Positions 21,216 to 30,419 of a DNA stretch of 64,000 nt are shown here, one piece after another. Each line of letters starts with the position of its first letter. Positions within the stretch are counted from its first letter, which is position 1. Made by a program: the position numbers and the translations under genes. The stretch covers positions 26,947 through 90,946 of the forward strand of contig JAZDJN010000098.1 in NCBI GenBank assembly GCA_043803945.1, given 5' to 3'. The notes under the pieces are model-generated. The model was not told the origin of the DNA, searched no databases, and worked only from the letters and a program-made list of their open reading frames with translations. Source of the stretch: a bacterium (GTDB taxonomy: Bacteria > Bacteroidota > Ignavibacteria > UBA10030).

Positions 21216-21247
21216 GTGGACACTAACAGGATAATCATAGGATTGGA

Positions 21248-23125
21248 ATGATAATGAAATCACTTTGCTATAGTATTCTGGCGAGCATTCTTCTCTTCGG
21301 TAATCTCCACGCTCAAACCGGCAGGGGTATGAAACCGATCTCCATACAAGATGCTACCGGTAAAGAAGTAGCAATCTACTCCGGCAGTTTTGCCCTTATT
21401 ATTGGCATGAGTAATTACAGCCAGGGGTGGCCAAGTCTACCCGGGGTTCAGCGGGATGCTCAGGCAGTCCGCTCAACTCTCGAAACTCAGGGGTTCCGTG
21501 TAGAGGTGAAAATGGATCTGGATAAAGCATCTCTCGATAAAGTAATTTCTGATTTTATCGCCCGGTATGGAGGCGAGCCGGATCATCGCTTACTCTTCTA
21601 TTTTGCCGGTCACGGATATACTGTGAAATCCAGCTACGGTGATGAACTCGGATATTTTGTACCTGTCGATGCACCCCTCCCACGGAAAGATGTTGGGGCC
21701 TTTCAGAGCAAAGCGATGGAGATGGCACAAGTAGAGATCTATGCAAAGCGTATTCAGTCGAAGCATGCTTTCTTTATGTTCGATGCTTGCTTCTCGGGGT
21801 CGCTTTTTGATATTTCTCGCGCTGTTCCCGAGGTCATTTCCTATAAGACATCACAGCCGGTTCGGCAGTTTATCACTTCAGGCACTGCTGAAGAAACGGT
21901 GCCCGATGTGAGTATTTTCCGATCGCAGTTTGAGCGTGCATTGAAAGGTGAGGCAGATACGGATAAGGACGGTTACGTAACGGGAACGGAACTAGGGGAG
22001 TTTCTCCAAAAAACAGTCATCAATTATTCCCGCAGCAGTCAGCATCCGCGATATGGAAAAATCCGCAATCCTAATTTGGACAAAGGAGATTTTGTTTTTA
22101 CACTGGGAAGTACATCTGAGGCATCACCCTCTCCGACAAAGCTTCCAGACAAAACAGATTTTTCCATTGAGAAAGAGAAACGAGAGGCAGAAACTGAGCG
22201 CACGGCACGCGATGCATGGGCAAAGAATCTGAAAGAGATGGAGGGAAAATATAATGAAGTCATCGAATTAGAAAAGACCGATATCTCCGCGCAGCGTAAA
22301 GCAGAGGTGTGGAAGAGGTTCCAGCAGGCGTATGCAGATAATAATCCATATAGCACACGTGATGATGAGCTTCGAACCAAGGCGGGAGAGAAAGTATCCT
22401 TCTGGAATAGAGATGCAAATAAGCCAGCCGAAAAGAAAGCTGCTAAAAAAGAAATATCTTCTCCCGACTTTGGAGCAGATATGGTGTATGTTGATGGTGG
22501 TACGTTTACAATGGGGAGTAACGATTATGATGATGAAAAACCACCGCATCAGGTAACTGTGCGAAACTTTTACATTGATAAATATGAAGTGACTGTTGCG
22601 AAGTTTAAGCAATTTGTGGATGCAACAGGCTATAAGACCGACGCAGAAAATGGAGATGGCAGTTATAAATGGACAGGGTCAACCTATGAGAAGAAAGCGG
22701 GTGTTGATTGGCGCTGTGATGAGCAAGGCAATAGAAGATCCGAAAGTCAGTATAACCATCCGGTCATTCATGTGAGTTGGAACGATGCCAATGCTTATGC
22801 AAGGTGGGCGGGGAAAAGATTGCCAACAGAAGCAGAGTGGGAATTTGCGGCAAGAGGAGGCACCAAGAGTCGTGGATTTAAATATGCCGGAAGTGATGAT
22901 GAGAATAGTGTTGCTTGGAATACAAGTAATTCTGGTGGCAAAGTACATCCTGTTGGCGACAAGTATCCAAATGAACTTGGTATCTATGATATGAGCGGTA
23001 ATGTATGGGAGTGGTGTGCTGATTGGTACGATGCAACTTATTATAGCAACAGCCCTGAGATGAATCCAACTGGCCCAACAAGTGGTACTCTCCGTGTGTT
23101 GCGGGGCGGTTCGTGGGGCTCCTAA
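21248..23125 (+). CDS. DGR target 2: signal peptide + caspase-like protease + helical linker + FGE-sulfatase/CLec domain; TAA and +1 G inside VR2 (corrected end 23219)
   Basis: YFAGHG...FDACFSG; RLPTEAEWEFAARGG, MSGNVWEWC, RVLRGGSW; VR2 continues past the stop to GFRCSLDFR in the shifted frame. Confidence 0.9.
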   Translation: MIMKSLCYSILASILLFGNLHAQTGRGMKPISIQDATGKEVAIYSGSFALIIGMSNYSQGWPSLPGVQRDAQAVRSTLETQGFRVEVKMDLDKASLDKVISDFIARYGGEPDHRLLFYFAGHGYTVKSSYGDELGYFVPVDAPLPRKDVGAFQSKAMEMAQVEIYAKRIQSKHAFFMFDACFSGSLFDISRAVPEVISYKTSQPVRQFITSGTAEETVPDVSIFRSQFERALKGEADTDKDGYVTGTELGEFLQKTVINYSRSSQHPRYGKIRNPNLDKGDFVFTLGSTSEASPSPTKLPDKTDFSIEKEKREAETERTARDAWAKNLKEMEGKYNEVIELEKTDISAQRKAEVWKRFQQAYADNNPYSTRDDELRTKAGEKVSFWNRDANKPAEKKAAKKEISSPDFGADMVYVDGGTFTMGSNDYDDEKPPHQVTVRNFYIDKYEVTVAKFKQFVDATGYKTDAENGDGSYKWTGSTYEKKAGVDWRCDEQGNRRSESQYNHPVIHVSWNDANAYARWAGKRLPTEAEWEFAARGGTKSRGFKYAGSDDENSVAWNTSNSGGKVHPVGDKYPNELGIYDMSGNVWEWCADWYDATYYSNSPEMNPTGPTSGTLRVLRGGSWGS

Positions 23126-23210
23126 GCGGGCTACCTCCGGACCTCGAATCGCGGCAGGATCACACCCGGGTACCGGGACGGCAGTTACGGGTTTTCGCTG
23201 TTCCCTGGAC
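23090..23210 (+). repeat. DGR variable repeat VR2
   Basis: ~27 substitutions versus TR, all at TR adenines (e.g. AAC->GGC/TCC/TAC/ATC/GAC, AAA->TAA), plus one extra G at 23189-23191 and the terminal CTGGAC. Confidence 0.96.
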
Positions 23211-23297
23211 TTTAGATAGCGCTTTTTCCTTTTAGCCTTTTACACTTGGGGGGGATTGTGCGGGGAAATTTTTTTGGGGATGGTAGATGGGAATAGT

Positions 23298-23596
23298 TGA
23301 CTCAACCCCCCTGGCCGGGGCCGTCCAAAAAGAAAAGAACTGTCACACCGGAATGTGCCGCTTTACGGCATCTCGTACTGCGGGACTTCAATCCGGTGTC
23401 CAGTGCCTTATTTAAGCATTTTTCTTGATTCCGGTTAGAAGATTACCGGAATGACAGTGCACTAGTTTTCTTTTTAGACAGCCCCCGGGGGGGATGAGTC
23501 AGATAAAACCAATGCCATTAAGCGTCGAACCGTTCCTTACGCTATAGTCCTCAAGAGAGAGGGAACGGTTCGGTCAAAAGATCTTTCAGAAGGCTG
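23298..23596. mobile_element. Composite MITE-like element with nested TGTCAC...GGAATGACA palindrome and GAACCGTTCC...GGAACGGTTC hairpin
   Basis: GGGGCCGTCCAAAAAG (23317)...CTTTTTAGACAGCCCC (23485) inside TGACTCA...TGAGTCA; colinear with 36745-37143. Confidence 0.7.
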
Positions 23597-23697
23597 AGGT
23601 GTATTTATCTGGATGAACATGCCCGGACCTTCTTACCTCGCTGAAGAAAGACAGGTTATGGAATGAGAAGTTAAGAGAATACATTTAGAGGCCCCAT

Positions 23698-26600
23698 ATG
23701 AAATTCCTTACACACCTAATCGCGCTATTCATAGTTCTCTCTCCATTTGCTCAAGCACAAAAACCGGAGCTGGTAATTCAAACCGGACACACCAACGGGC
23801 TCACTTCGGCAGTATTCAGTCGTGATGAAAAGTATGTACTGACGGGGAGTTGGGACAACACAGCGAAACTCTGGGATGCCTCAACAGGAAGAGAAATAAG
23901 AACATTTGCCGGGCACTCAGAACGCATTTGGTCTGTCGCTATCAGTCCAGATGGACGATATGTAGCGACAGGAAGTTATGACAAGACGGCAAAAATCTGG
24001 GAGACTTCAACGGGAAAAGAACTGAGGGTATTGACTGGTCATAAGGATGAAGTTCACTCCGTTTCTTTCAGTCCCGACGGTCAGTATTTAGCAACGGGCA
24101 GTTGTGACAAGACAGCGAAGCTATGGGAAACCTCAACGGGAAGAGAAGTAAAGTCTTTTACTGGACATTCTGAAGACATTTATTGCTTGGCTTTTAGTCC
24201 AAATGGACAGTATATGGTGACGGGAAGTTTTGACAAGACCGCAAAACTCTGGGAGGTATCAACAGGAAAGGAAATGAAGACATTCACTGGACATTCATCC
24301 TCGATCAATTCTGTCGCATTCAGTCCTAGTGGACGATATGTGGTAACAGGAAGCCGGGATAGCACTGCAAGACTATGGGATGTATCCACGGGGAGAGAAG
24401 TGAAGACATTGGCAAGGATCTCATCGTGGATTAATTCTGTCGCACTTAGTCCTGATGGGATGTATGTGGTGATAGGGAGTTATAATGGAACAATAAAACT
24501 GTATGATATCTCTACTGATCAAGAGGTAAGTTCATTTGCCGGACATCCCCTTTCGGTTACCTCTGTTACTTTCAGTAATAATGGGAAGTACATTCTGTCG
24601 GGGAGTTGGGATAGTAAAGCAAAACTTTGGAAGGCATCAACAGGCAGAGAAGTGATGAAAATTGCAGGACATTCTTCGGAGATTCGTACAGTCGCATTCA
24701 GTTCAGATGGAAGAAATGTGGTAATGGGGAGTGATAGTGTAGCGAAGATTTGGGAAGCCATGACCGGAAGAGGTTTGCGGGGACTATCTAATCATTCTGG
24801 TATCTATTCCGCGGCATTTAGTCAAAATGGGCGGTATGCGGTGACCGGGAGTGTTGTTAGTGGAATAGCGAGAATCTTCGATGTTTCGACGGGAAGAGAG
24901 GTTAGAACATTAACGGGGAAATGGGGCAGCATATATTCCGTAGCCTTCAGCCCCGATGATCAATATGTAGTAACAGGGAGTATGAATGGGAGAGTAAAAC
25001 TCTGGGATGTCTCTACAGGAAAAGAGGAGCGAACATTCATAGGTCATTCTGGCGATGTCGCTGCAGTAGCGTTCAGTCCTGATGGGCAGATGATTTTGGC
25101 GGGGAGCACTCGTGATGTCAAGCTTTGGGATGCATCGACAGGAATAGAAGTGAAAACTTTGAAAGGTCACAGTAGCCTCATTCGCTCAGTTGCATTCAGC
25201 CCCGATGGGAAGGATGTAGTGACTGGAAGCGCAGACAAAACAGCGAAGCTCTGGGATATCTCAACAGGAGCAGAAGTAAAGACTTTGACCGGCCATTCAG
25301 ATTGGGTAAATTCCGTTGTATTCAGTTCTGATGGGCGATATCTGGTGACGGGGAGTTGGGATAAGACTGCGAAACTGTGGGAGGTCTCAACAGGAAAAGA
25401 GGTGAGGACATTCATTGGGAGTTCAGGTGGCATCAATTCTGTGGCCTTCAGTCTGAATGGGAAATATATCGTTGGTGGATGTAAAACTGGCGAGTGCATC
25501 ATTTGGGATTTGCAGACAGGTATAAAGCTTGCCTCAAGAATTGCACTCGATGAAAAGGATTGGGTTGTCGTCACTCCGGATGGCCGCTTCGATGCATCGG
25601 CAAATGGGATGAAGTTGCTCCACTACGTTCAAGGAATGGAAGTCCTCCCTCTCGAATCCTTCTTCGAACAATTCTATACACCTAATCTGTTTGCGCGAGT
25701 TCTCTCAGGAGAGAAGATCGAAACCACACCCACGGTCGATTTCTCCAAAGCCATCAAACTTCCTCCACTCGTAAGGATCGTTTCACCGAAGACAGGAGAG
25801 ACTTTCACTTCAGATCGAGCTCAAATTAGTGTTGAAGTCACCGATCAGGGTGGGGGGATCGATGAAATCCGTCTCTATCACAATGGAAAACTTATCTCAG
25901 AAGATCAGCGGGGGATGAAGGTCATTGAATCGAAGACAACGAAGATCACAAAGACGTTTGATGTCACGCTCCTACCGGGCATCAACGAGTTTAAAATCAC
26001 AGCCTTCAATATGGAGAGAACCGAATCAGTCCCGGTGTCTCTTTCAATCGAGCTTACGGCAACGGAAGCTTCAGCAGAACTCTACATACTTGCGATTGGC
26101 ATCAATCAGTACAAGAACTCAGTGCTCAACCTCAACTATGGAAGGCCGGATGCAGAAGCATTCTTGCAGGTTGCTGAAAGGAAAGCACGGGGAATATTCA
26201 GAGCGATCAAGAAATATGAAGTCTACGATCAACAAGCAACAAAGGTAAACATCGAAGGCATCTTGACACAGATCATTCAGCTTTCAAAGCCGCAGGATGT
26301 ATTTCTGTTTTTCTATGCCGGTCATGGAGTGATGAGCGAAGGCGATGCCGCGTTGAAACCGGATTTCTATCTTATTCCGAGCGATATCACTCAGCTCTAT
26401 GGGAACGATCGACAGTTAGTCGCTAAGGGAATCTCTGCATCGTTGCTGAAAGAGCATTGCACGAACATGCGAGCACAGAAGCAACTGGTAGTCATCGATG
26501 CCTGTCAGGCTGGAGGTGCAGTGGAGACGTTTGCGATGCGGGGAGCTGCGGAGCAGAAAGCGATGGCGCAGTTGGCAAGAGCGACAGGAGTTGTCATACT

Positions 26601-26853
26601 GGCAGCGACGGGCACAGAGCAGTTTGCGACAGAGTTCAAGCAATTGGGTCACGGAGTGTTTACCTATGCGTTACTGCAAGGACTCGAAGGAGAAGCCGAT
26701 GGAAGTCCAAAGGATGGAAAGGTTACGGTGGCAGAGCTGAGAGCGTATCTTGACGATCAAATACCTGAGCTGACGAAGAAGTATAGAGGGCAGGCGCAAT
26801 ATCCAGTCGCATATTCAAGAGGAAATGATTTTCCTGTAAGCGCTGGAAGATGA
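23698..26853 (+). CDS. Exported WD40-repeat (about 14 blades) + Ig-like + caspase-like (C14) protein
   Basis: Signal peptide AQA|QKPELVIQTGH; GH...FSPDG...TGS.D.TAKLWD repeats; DQGGGIDEIRLY; FYAGHG...DACQAG. Confidence 0.9.
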   Translation: MKFLTHLIALFIVLSPFAQAQKPELVIQTGHTNGLTSAVFSRDEKYVLTGSWDNTAKLWDASTGREIRTFAGHSERIWSVAISPDGRYVATGSYDKTAKIWETSTGKELRVLTGHKDEVHSVSFSPDGQYLATGSCDKTAKLWETSTGREVKSFTGHSEDIYCLAFSPNGQYMVTGSFDKTAKLWEVSTGKEMKTFTGHSSSINSVAFSPSGRYVVTGSRDSTARLWDVSTGREVKTLARISSWINSVALSPDGMYVVIGSYNGTIKLYDISTDQEVSSFAGHPLSVTSVTFSNNGKYILSGSWDSKAKLWKASTGREVMKIAGHSSEIRTVAFSSDGRNVVMGSDSVAKIWEAMTGRGLRGLSNHSGIYSAAFSQNGRYAVTGSVVSGIARIFDVSTGREVRTLTGKWGSIYSVAFSPDDQYVVTGSMNGRVKLWDVSTGKEERTFIGHSGDVAAVAFSPDGQMILAGSTRDVKLWDASTGIEVKTLKGHSSLIRSVAFSPDGKDVVTGSADKTAKLWDISTGAEVKTLTGHSDWVNSVVFSSDGRYLVTGSWDKTAKLWEVSTGKEVRTFIGSSGGINSVAFSLNGKYIVGGCKTGECIIWDLQTGIKLASRIALDEKDWVVVTPDGRFDASANGMKLLHYVQGMEVLPLESFFEQFYTPNLFARVLSGEKIETTPTVDFSKAIKLPPLVRIVSPKTGETFTSDRAQISVEVTDQGGGIDEIRLYHNGKLISEDQRGMKVIESKTTKITKTFDVTLLPGINEFKITAFNMERTESVPVSLSIELTATEASAELYILAIGINQYKNSVLNLNYGRPDAEAFLQVAERKARGIFRAIKKYEVYDQQATKVNIEGILTQIIQLSKPQDVFLFFYAGHGVMSEGDAALKPDFYLIPSDITQLYGNDRQLVAKGISASLLKEHCTNMRAQKQLVVIDACQAGGAVETFAMRGAAEQKAMAQLARATGVVILAATGTEQFATEFKQLGHGVFTYALLQGLEGEADGSPKDGKVTVAELRAYLDDQIPELTKKYRGQAQYPVAYSRGNDFPVSAGR

Positions 26854-26860
26854 GAGTAAG

Positions 26861-26971
26861 ATCCCCTGAGCGAGCTAGTCGTTGGGCGAGTCGAAGGGGA
26901 GGGTGAGAGTGTATGAGAATAAAATCCCCTGAGCGAGCCAGTCGTTGGGCGAGTCGAAGGGGAGGGGGAGA
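26861..26971 (+). repeat. Tandem pair of the ATCCCCTGAGCGAG...GTCGAAGGGGAGGG repeat
   Basis: Two copies 63 bp apart, matching 17243-17290. Confidence 0.85.
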
Positions 26972-27080
26972 ATATGAGATGGGGCGAGGAGATGAGATAT
27001 TACCGATTTCCAATTTCCGAGTTTCGATTGGAATGCAAGAGTGTATGAGCGTAAGCAAAGAATGCAGATTGGAAAATTCT

Positions 27081-27626
27081 ATGTCGAATACAACTTCAAT
27101 TCTCGGGCTCTTGGATGCCCTGCAATTCGCGGCTGAGAAGCACAGCCGTCAGCGAAGAAAAGATGCCGATGCCTCTCCGTATATCAACCATCCTATTGCC
27201 GTCGCGGCGAGTCTAGCCCGGTGCGGTGTCTCCGATCTTGTCACGCTGCAGGCAGCAATTCTTCATGATACGATTGAGGATACGAAAACCACTCCTCCAG
27301 AACTAGAAGGGCGGTTTGGAAAAGACGTAACAGCGATTGTCCAGGAGCTCACGGATGATAAACAGTTGCCGAAAGAAAAGCGAAAGCAGCGGCAGATTGA
27401 ACACGCACCATTGATATCTGCAAAGGCAAAGTCGATTAAGATCGCCGACAAGATTAGCAATGTGCACGACATTATTTATACACCGCCGAGGTTCTGGAGC
27501 AGGAGGGAAAAGAAGAAATACCTTGAGTTTACAGAACAGGTGGTAAAAGGCTGTCGGGGAGTAAACAAGGAACTTGAGAATGAGTTTGATAAATATCTTG
27601 AAGAGGCAGGAAAAAGTCTGAAATAA
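27081..27626 (+). CDS. HD-domain protein, MESH1/small alarmone hydrolase-like
   Basis: FAAEKHSRQRRKD...PYINHP...AAILHDTIEDT...ELTDDK...IKIADKISN; ATG at 27081 (the upstream extension runs through repeats). Confidence 0.88.
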   Translation: MSNTTSILGLLDALQFAAEKHSRQRRKDADASPYINHPIAVAASLARCGVSDLVTLQAAILHDTIEDTKTTPPELEGRFGKDVTAIVQELTDDKQLPKEKRKQRQIEHAPLISAKAKSIKIADKISNVHDIIYTPPRFWSRREKKKYLEFTEQVVKGCRGVNKELENEFDKYLEEAGKSLK

Positions 27627-27745
27627 AGGCAGTCCAAAATGTAGGACGAGTTGCCAACTCGTCCACAGTGAGCATGCGAATATTCAATGTATTGTGCTCA
27701 CTTGAATAGTGAATCATGAAGTCCAATAATAAATAGGGTGCAATT

Positions 27746-28621
27746 GTGAGGAAGCACAGAATATTGAGAACAGTATTTCAATACATTCTCATGCTTGTGA
27801 TCTGCAAACCAGTATTTTCTCAAGATGTTCATAGCGGCAAGAACGCTGCTGAATCCAACCGAATCAATGCTGGCAGCGAGATGGTTCTTGTTGAAGGTGG
27901 GACATTCACGATGGGAAGCAACGAAGGAAACTCCGATGAGAAACCGGCTCATCAAGTTACAGTGAGCAGTTTTTATATCGATAAGTATGAAGTAACGGTA
28001 GCACAGTTTAAACAATTTGTAGATGTCACGGGATATAACACCGATGCTGAAAAAAGCGATGGAAGTAACATATGGACAGGGTCGACTTGGGAGAAGAAGG
28101 CGGGCGTCAACTGGCGGTGTGACGAGCGAGGGAAAAGAAGGCCGGTAAGTCAGTACAACTATCCAGTGATCCATGTCAGTTGGAACGATGCAGCGGCGTT
28201 TGCTGCATGGGCCGGAAAGCGTTTGCCGACGGAAGCTGAGTGGGAGTTTGCAGCAAAAGGTGGCAGGCAAAGTAAACGGTATAAATATAGCGGTGGAGAT
28301 AATCCTGATGCAGTCGGGTGGCTTGATATAAATAGCGGTTGGAAAATACATCCACCAGGACAGAAACAACCAGATGAGCTTGGCATTTATGATATGTCCG
28401 GAAATGTATTTGAGTGGTGCAGCGATTGGTATGATGGGAAGTACTATAGCACGAGTCCAAAACAAAATCCTCATGGACCACTCTCCGGCCAATTTCGTGT
28501 TCTACGGGGTGGTTCGTGGGTCATCGACTTGGACGCTGTTCGGCCTACCTACCGCAACGGTGCAACGCCCGAAGATCGGAGCGGTGATTTCGGGTTTCGA
28601 TGTGCGAAGGCGGTGAAATAG
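27746..28621 (+). CDS. Exported stand-alone FGE-sulfatase/CLec-fold protein (paralog of the DGR target domain)
   Basis: Signal peptide; GGTFTMGS, YPVIHVSWNDA, RLPTEAEWEFAA, RVLRGGSW...GFRCAK; shares the KKAGVNWRCDE insert with target 2. Confidence 0.88.
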   Translation: MRKHRILRTVFQYILMLVICKPVFSQDVHSGKNAAESNRINAGSEMVLVEGGTFTMGSNEGNSDEKPAHQVTVSSFYIDKYEVTVAQFKQFVDVTGYNTDAEKSDGSNIWTGSTWEKKAGVNWRCDERGKRRPVSQYNYPVIHVSWNDAAAFAAWAGKRLPTEAEWEFAAKGGRQSKRYKYSGGDNPDAVGWLDINSGWKIHPPGQKQPDELGIYDMSGNVFEWCSDWYDGKYYSTSPKQNPHGPLSGQFRVLRGGSWVIDLDAVRPTYRNGATPEDRSGDFGFRCAKAVK

Positions 28622-28658
28622 GGATAAAAGAAAATTTTTTGACTCAACCCCGAATCCT

Positions 28659-28767
28659 GAGGCTGTCCCAAAAGTCTTCTTTTGACTCTCTGGGTGCGGT
28701 AAAACGTTTGATTTTCGTAAGTCTCGTAGGTCGAGCAGCCTGCTCGACCAACATTTTGAACAGCCTC
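28659..28767. mobile_element. MITE-like element with GAGGCTGT...ACAGCCTC terminal inverted repeats
   Basis: GAGGCTGTCCCAAAAG / TTTTGAACAGCCTC; internal palindrome GGTCGAGCAGCCTGCTCGACC. Confidence 0.65.
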
Positions 28768-28931
28768 GGTACCTGGAATGATGAGCATCATTGAAGACAA
28801 CTTCTGCCAAGTGTACAAAGAAAGCTCTGTACTCCCCTTCTCATGGCAAAGAGAAGGGTTTGGAATAAACCTTCGGTGCAAAGTGTAAGTTGTAAGGAAT
28901 TAAGCAGAATGCAGGGTAAAAAGGATATCGA

Positions 28932-30410
28932 ATGAAAAGATATATATCGCTCTTGATAATTCTGATGTTTATAGCAGTAAAGCTTTGGCCACAGGATCTC
29001 TCAGAGTTACGAATTGCAGGGAAAGGAGAATACCTCAAATCGGAGCTTATTAATAAAGCCGTAAGAGATGCCAATGGTATTGTCTGTGCCGGGTTGATGA
29101 TCCTCTCCGATCTCGATGGATTAAGTTATGAATCTAATAATGGCGTAGTGAAAATTAATCGGAGCCCTGGAAAAGATCTGCTCTTTCTCTCGCCGGATGA
29201 GCGTATGGTGACAGTGTTGAAAACGGGCTATAAGCCGTTGAAGGTGATCATTAATGAGTTTGGCATCAAGTTCGCAAGCGGCACAGTGTGGAAGCTTGAG
29301 GTAACAGGGAGTAAAAAAGTTGAACAGGTCCCGATTGTTGTTCGAGTTGATCCATCAGACGCAGTTATCATACTTGATAGCGTTTCGGTTACGAGTGGTA
29401 GACCAATTACCGTTCAAGAAGGAAAGCATACCGTAAAGATTCTCAGAGATGGATATAGATCTGTAACCGAACAAATCACTGTCTCACCAAAAGAGAGAGA
29501 ATTCCCTTTCACATTGAAGAAAGATAAAGTCAGCCTGAATGTACTCGTTTATCCTGCTGATGCATCGGTAGCAGTCGATAGTATTTCACTCATTTCAGGA
29601 AGAGGATTCCCGACAGAAATTGGTCTTCATAAGCTCAGAATAGAGAGAGATGGATATGAACCTGAGATGCACGATATAGAGGTATCGAAAATAAATAATT
29701 CGTTTTCCTATCAACTCAGGAAGAAAAAGTACACAATAAGTATTATTGGAGATCCATCCGATGCAATAATGAGTGTCGACTCAATCAGAGTACAGGGAAA
29801 CACCACTGTAGCAGAATGGGGTTACCATGTGCTCCGGGTTGAAAATAGCGGATACGAATCTCTCTCGAAAGAGATCGAAGTGATGTCGAAGCAAACATCA
29901 TTTTCTTACTCACTAAACAAAATTCGTACTTACAGCTTTGAGGTAAGCTCGGGAATTGGATTCATAGCGCTTGAGGGAAAGCCTAAAAGTCCACCGCCAA
30001 TTCTCTCTTTTCAATACAGGCTCTCGAATATGTTTACTATCGAGTTAGCAGGTGGTAGCGTTGATGCAGGAGACTCCATCAAGTATGACAACTTCACATT
30101 TGGGTATCTGTCGAACAAATATACCATTGTGAGCTTAAGGGGACGTATCAATATTTATCAGACAGGATCTTTGGAAACGTATGTAGGAGCATGCATCACC
30201 TTTGTGTTAAACGACAGAACATTCACTTCTTTGCCACTCAATAACAGTTCAACGAGATATTATGACTCTTATATGAATAGTGATGTTGATAGATTATTTG
30301 GAGGCGGATTTATTGGGGCTCGTTATTGGGTATTCAATAAATTCGGTCTTGTCCTAGAGACTGGACATCACTTTATAAATTTGCGTGCTGGAATTACATT
30401 CACATTCTAA
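28932..30410 (+). CDS. PEGA-repeat protein with probable C-terminal outer-membrane beta-barrel
   Basis: Three DP.DA...DS....G.H.L.IE..GY repeats; alternating beta strands ending LRAGITFTF; N-terminal domain shared with the 38176 gene. Confidence 0.7.
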   Translation: MKRYISLLIILMFIAVKLWPQDLSELRIAGKGEYLKSELINKAVRDANGIVCAGLMILSDLDGLSYESNNGVVKINRSPGKDLLFLSPDERMVTVLKTGYKPLKVIINEFGIKFASGTVWKLEVTGSKKVEQVPIVVRVDPSDAVIILDSVSVTSGRPITVQEGKHTVKILRDGYRSVTEQITVSPKEREFPFTLKKDKVSLNVLVYPADASVAVDSISLISGRGFPTEIGLHKLRIERDGYEPEMHDIEVSKINNSFSYQLRKKKYTISIIGDPSDAIMSVDSIRVQGNTTVAEWGYHVLRVENSGYESLSKEIEVMSKQTSFSYSLNKIRTYSFEVSSGIGFIALEGKPKSPPPILSFQYRLSNMFTIELAGGSVDAGDSIKYDNFTFGYLSNKYTIVSLRGRINIYQTGSLETYVGACITFVLNDRTFTSLPLNNSSTRYYDSYMNSDVDRLFGGGFIGARYWVFNKFGLVLETGHHFINLRAGITFTF

Positions 30411-30419
30411 TGAGGAGCT

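Larger units (their letters stand above)
18009..23250 (+). mobile_element. Diversity-generating retroelement: target1(VR1)-avd-RT/TR-spacer-target2(VR2)
   Basis: avd and RT genes, an AAC-rich TR and two VRs whose substitutions fall at TR adenines. Confidence 0.97.

Noticed and set aside
20817-21234. ORFs 20817-21191 and 20944-21234 as protein genes
   Set aside because: They are alternative readings of the TR; the NN-rich peptide simply reflects AAC codons
26861-26971. CRISPR array
   Set aside because: Only two adjacent copies plus one distant copy, low-complexity spacer, no cas genes in the window
28495-28621. Third active VR of the local TR
   Set aside because: Many mismatches at non-adenine TR positions, including the constant RVLRGG codons, and no shared downstream motif
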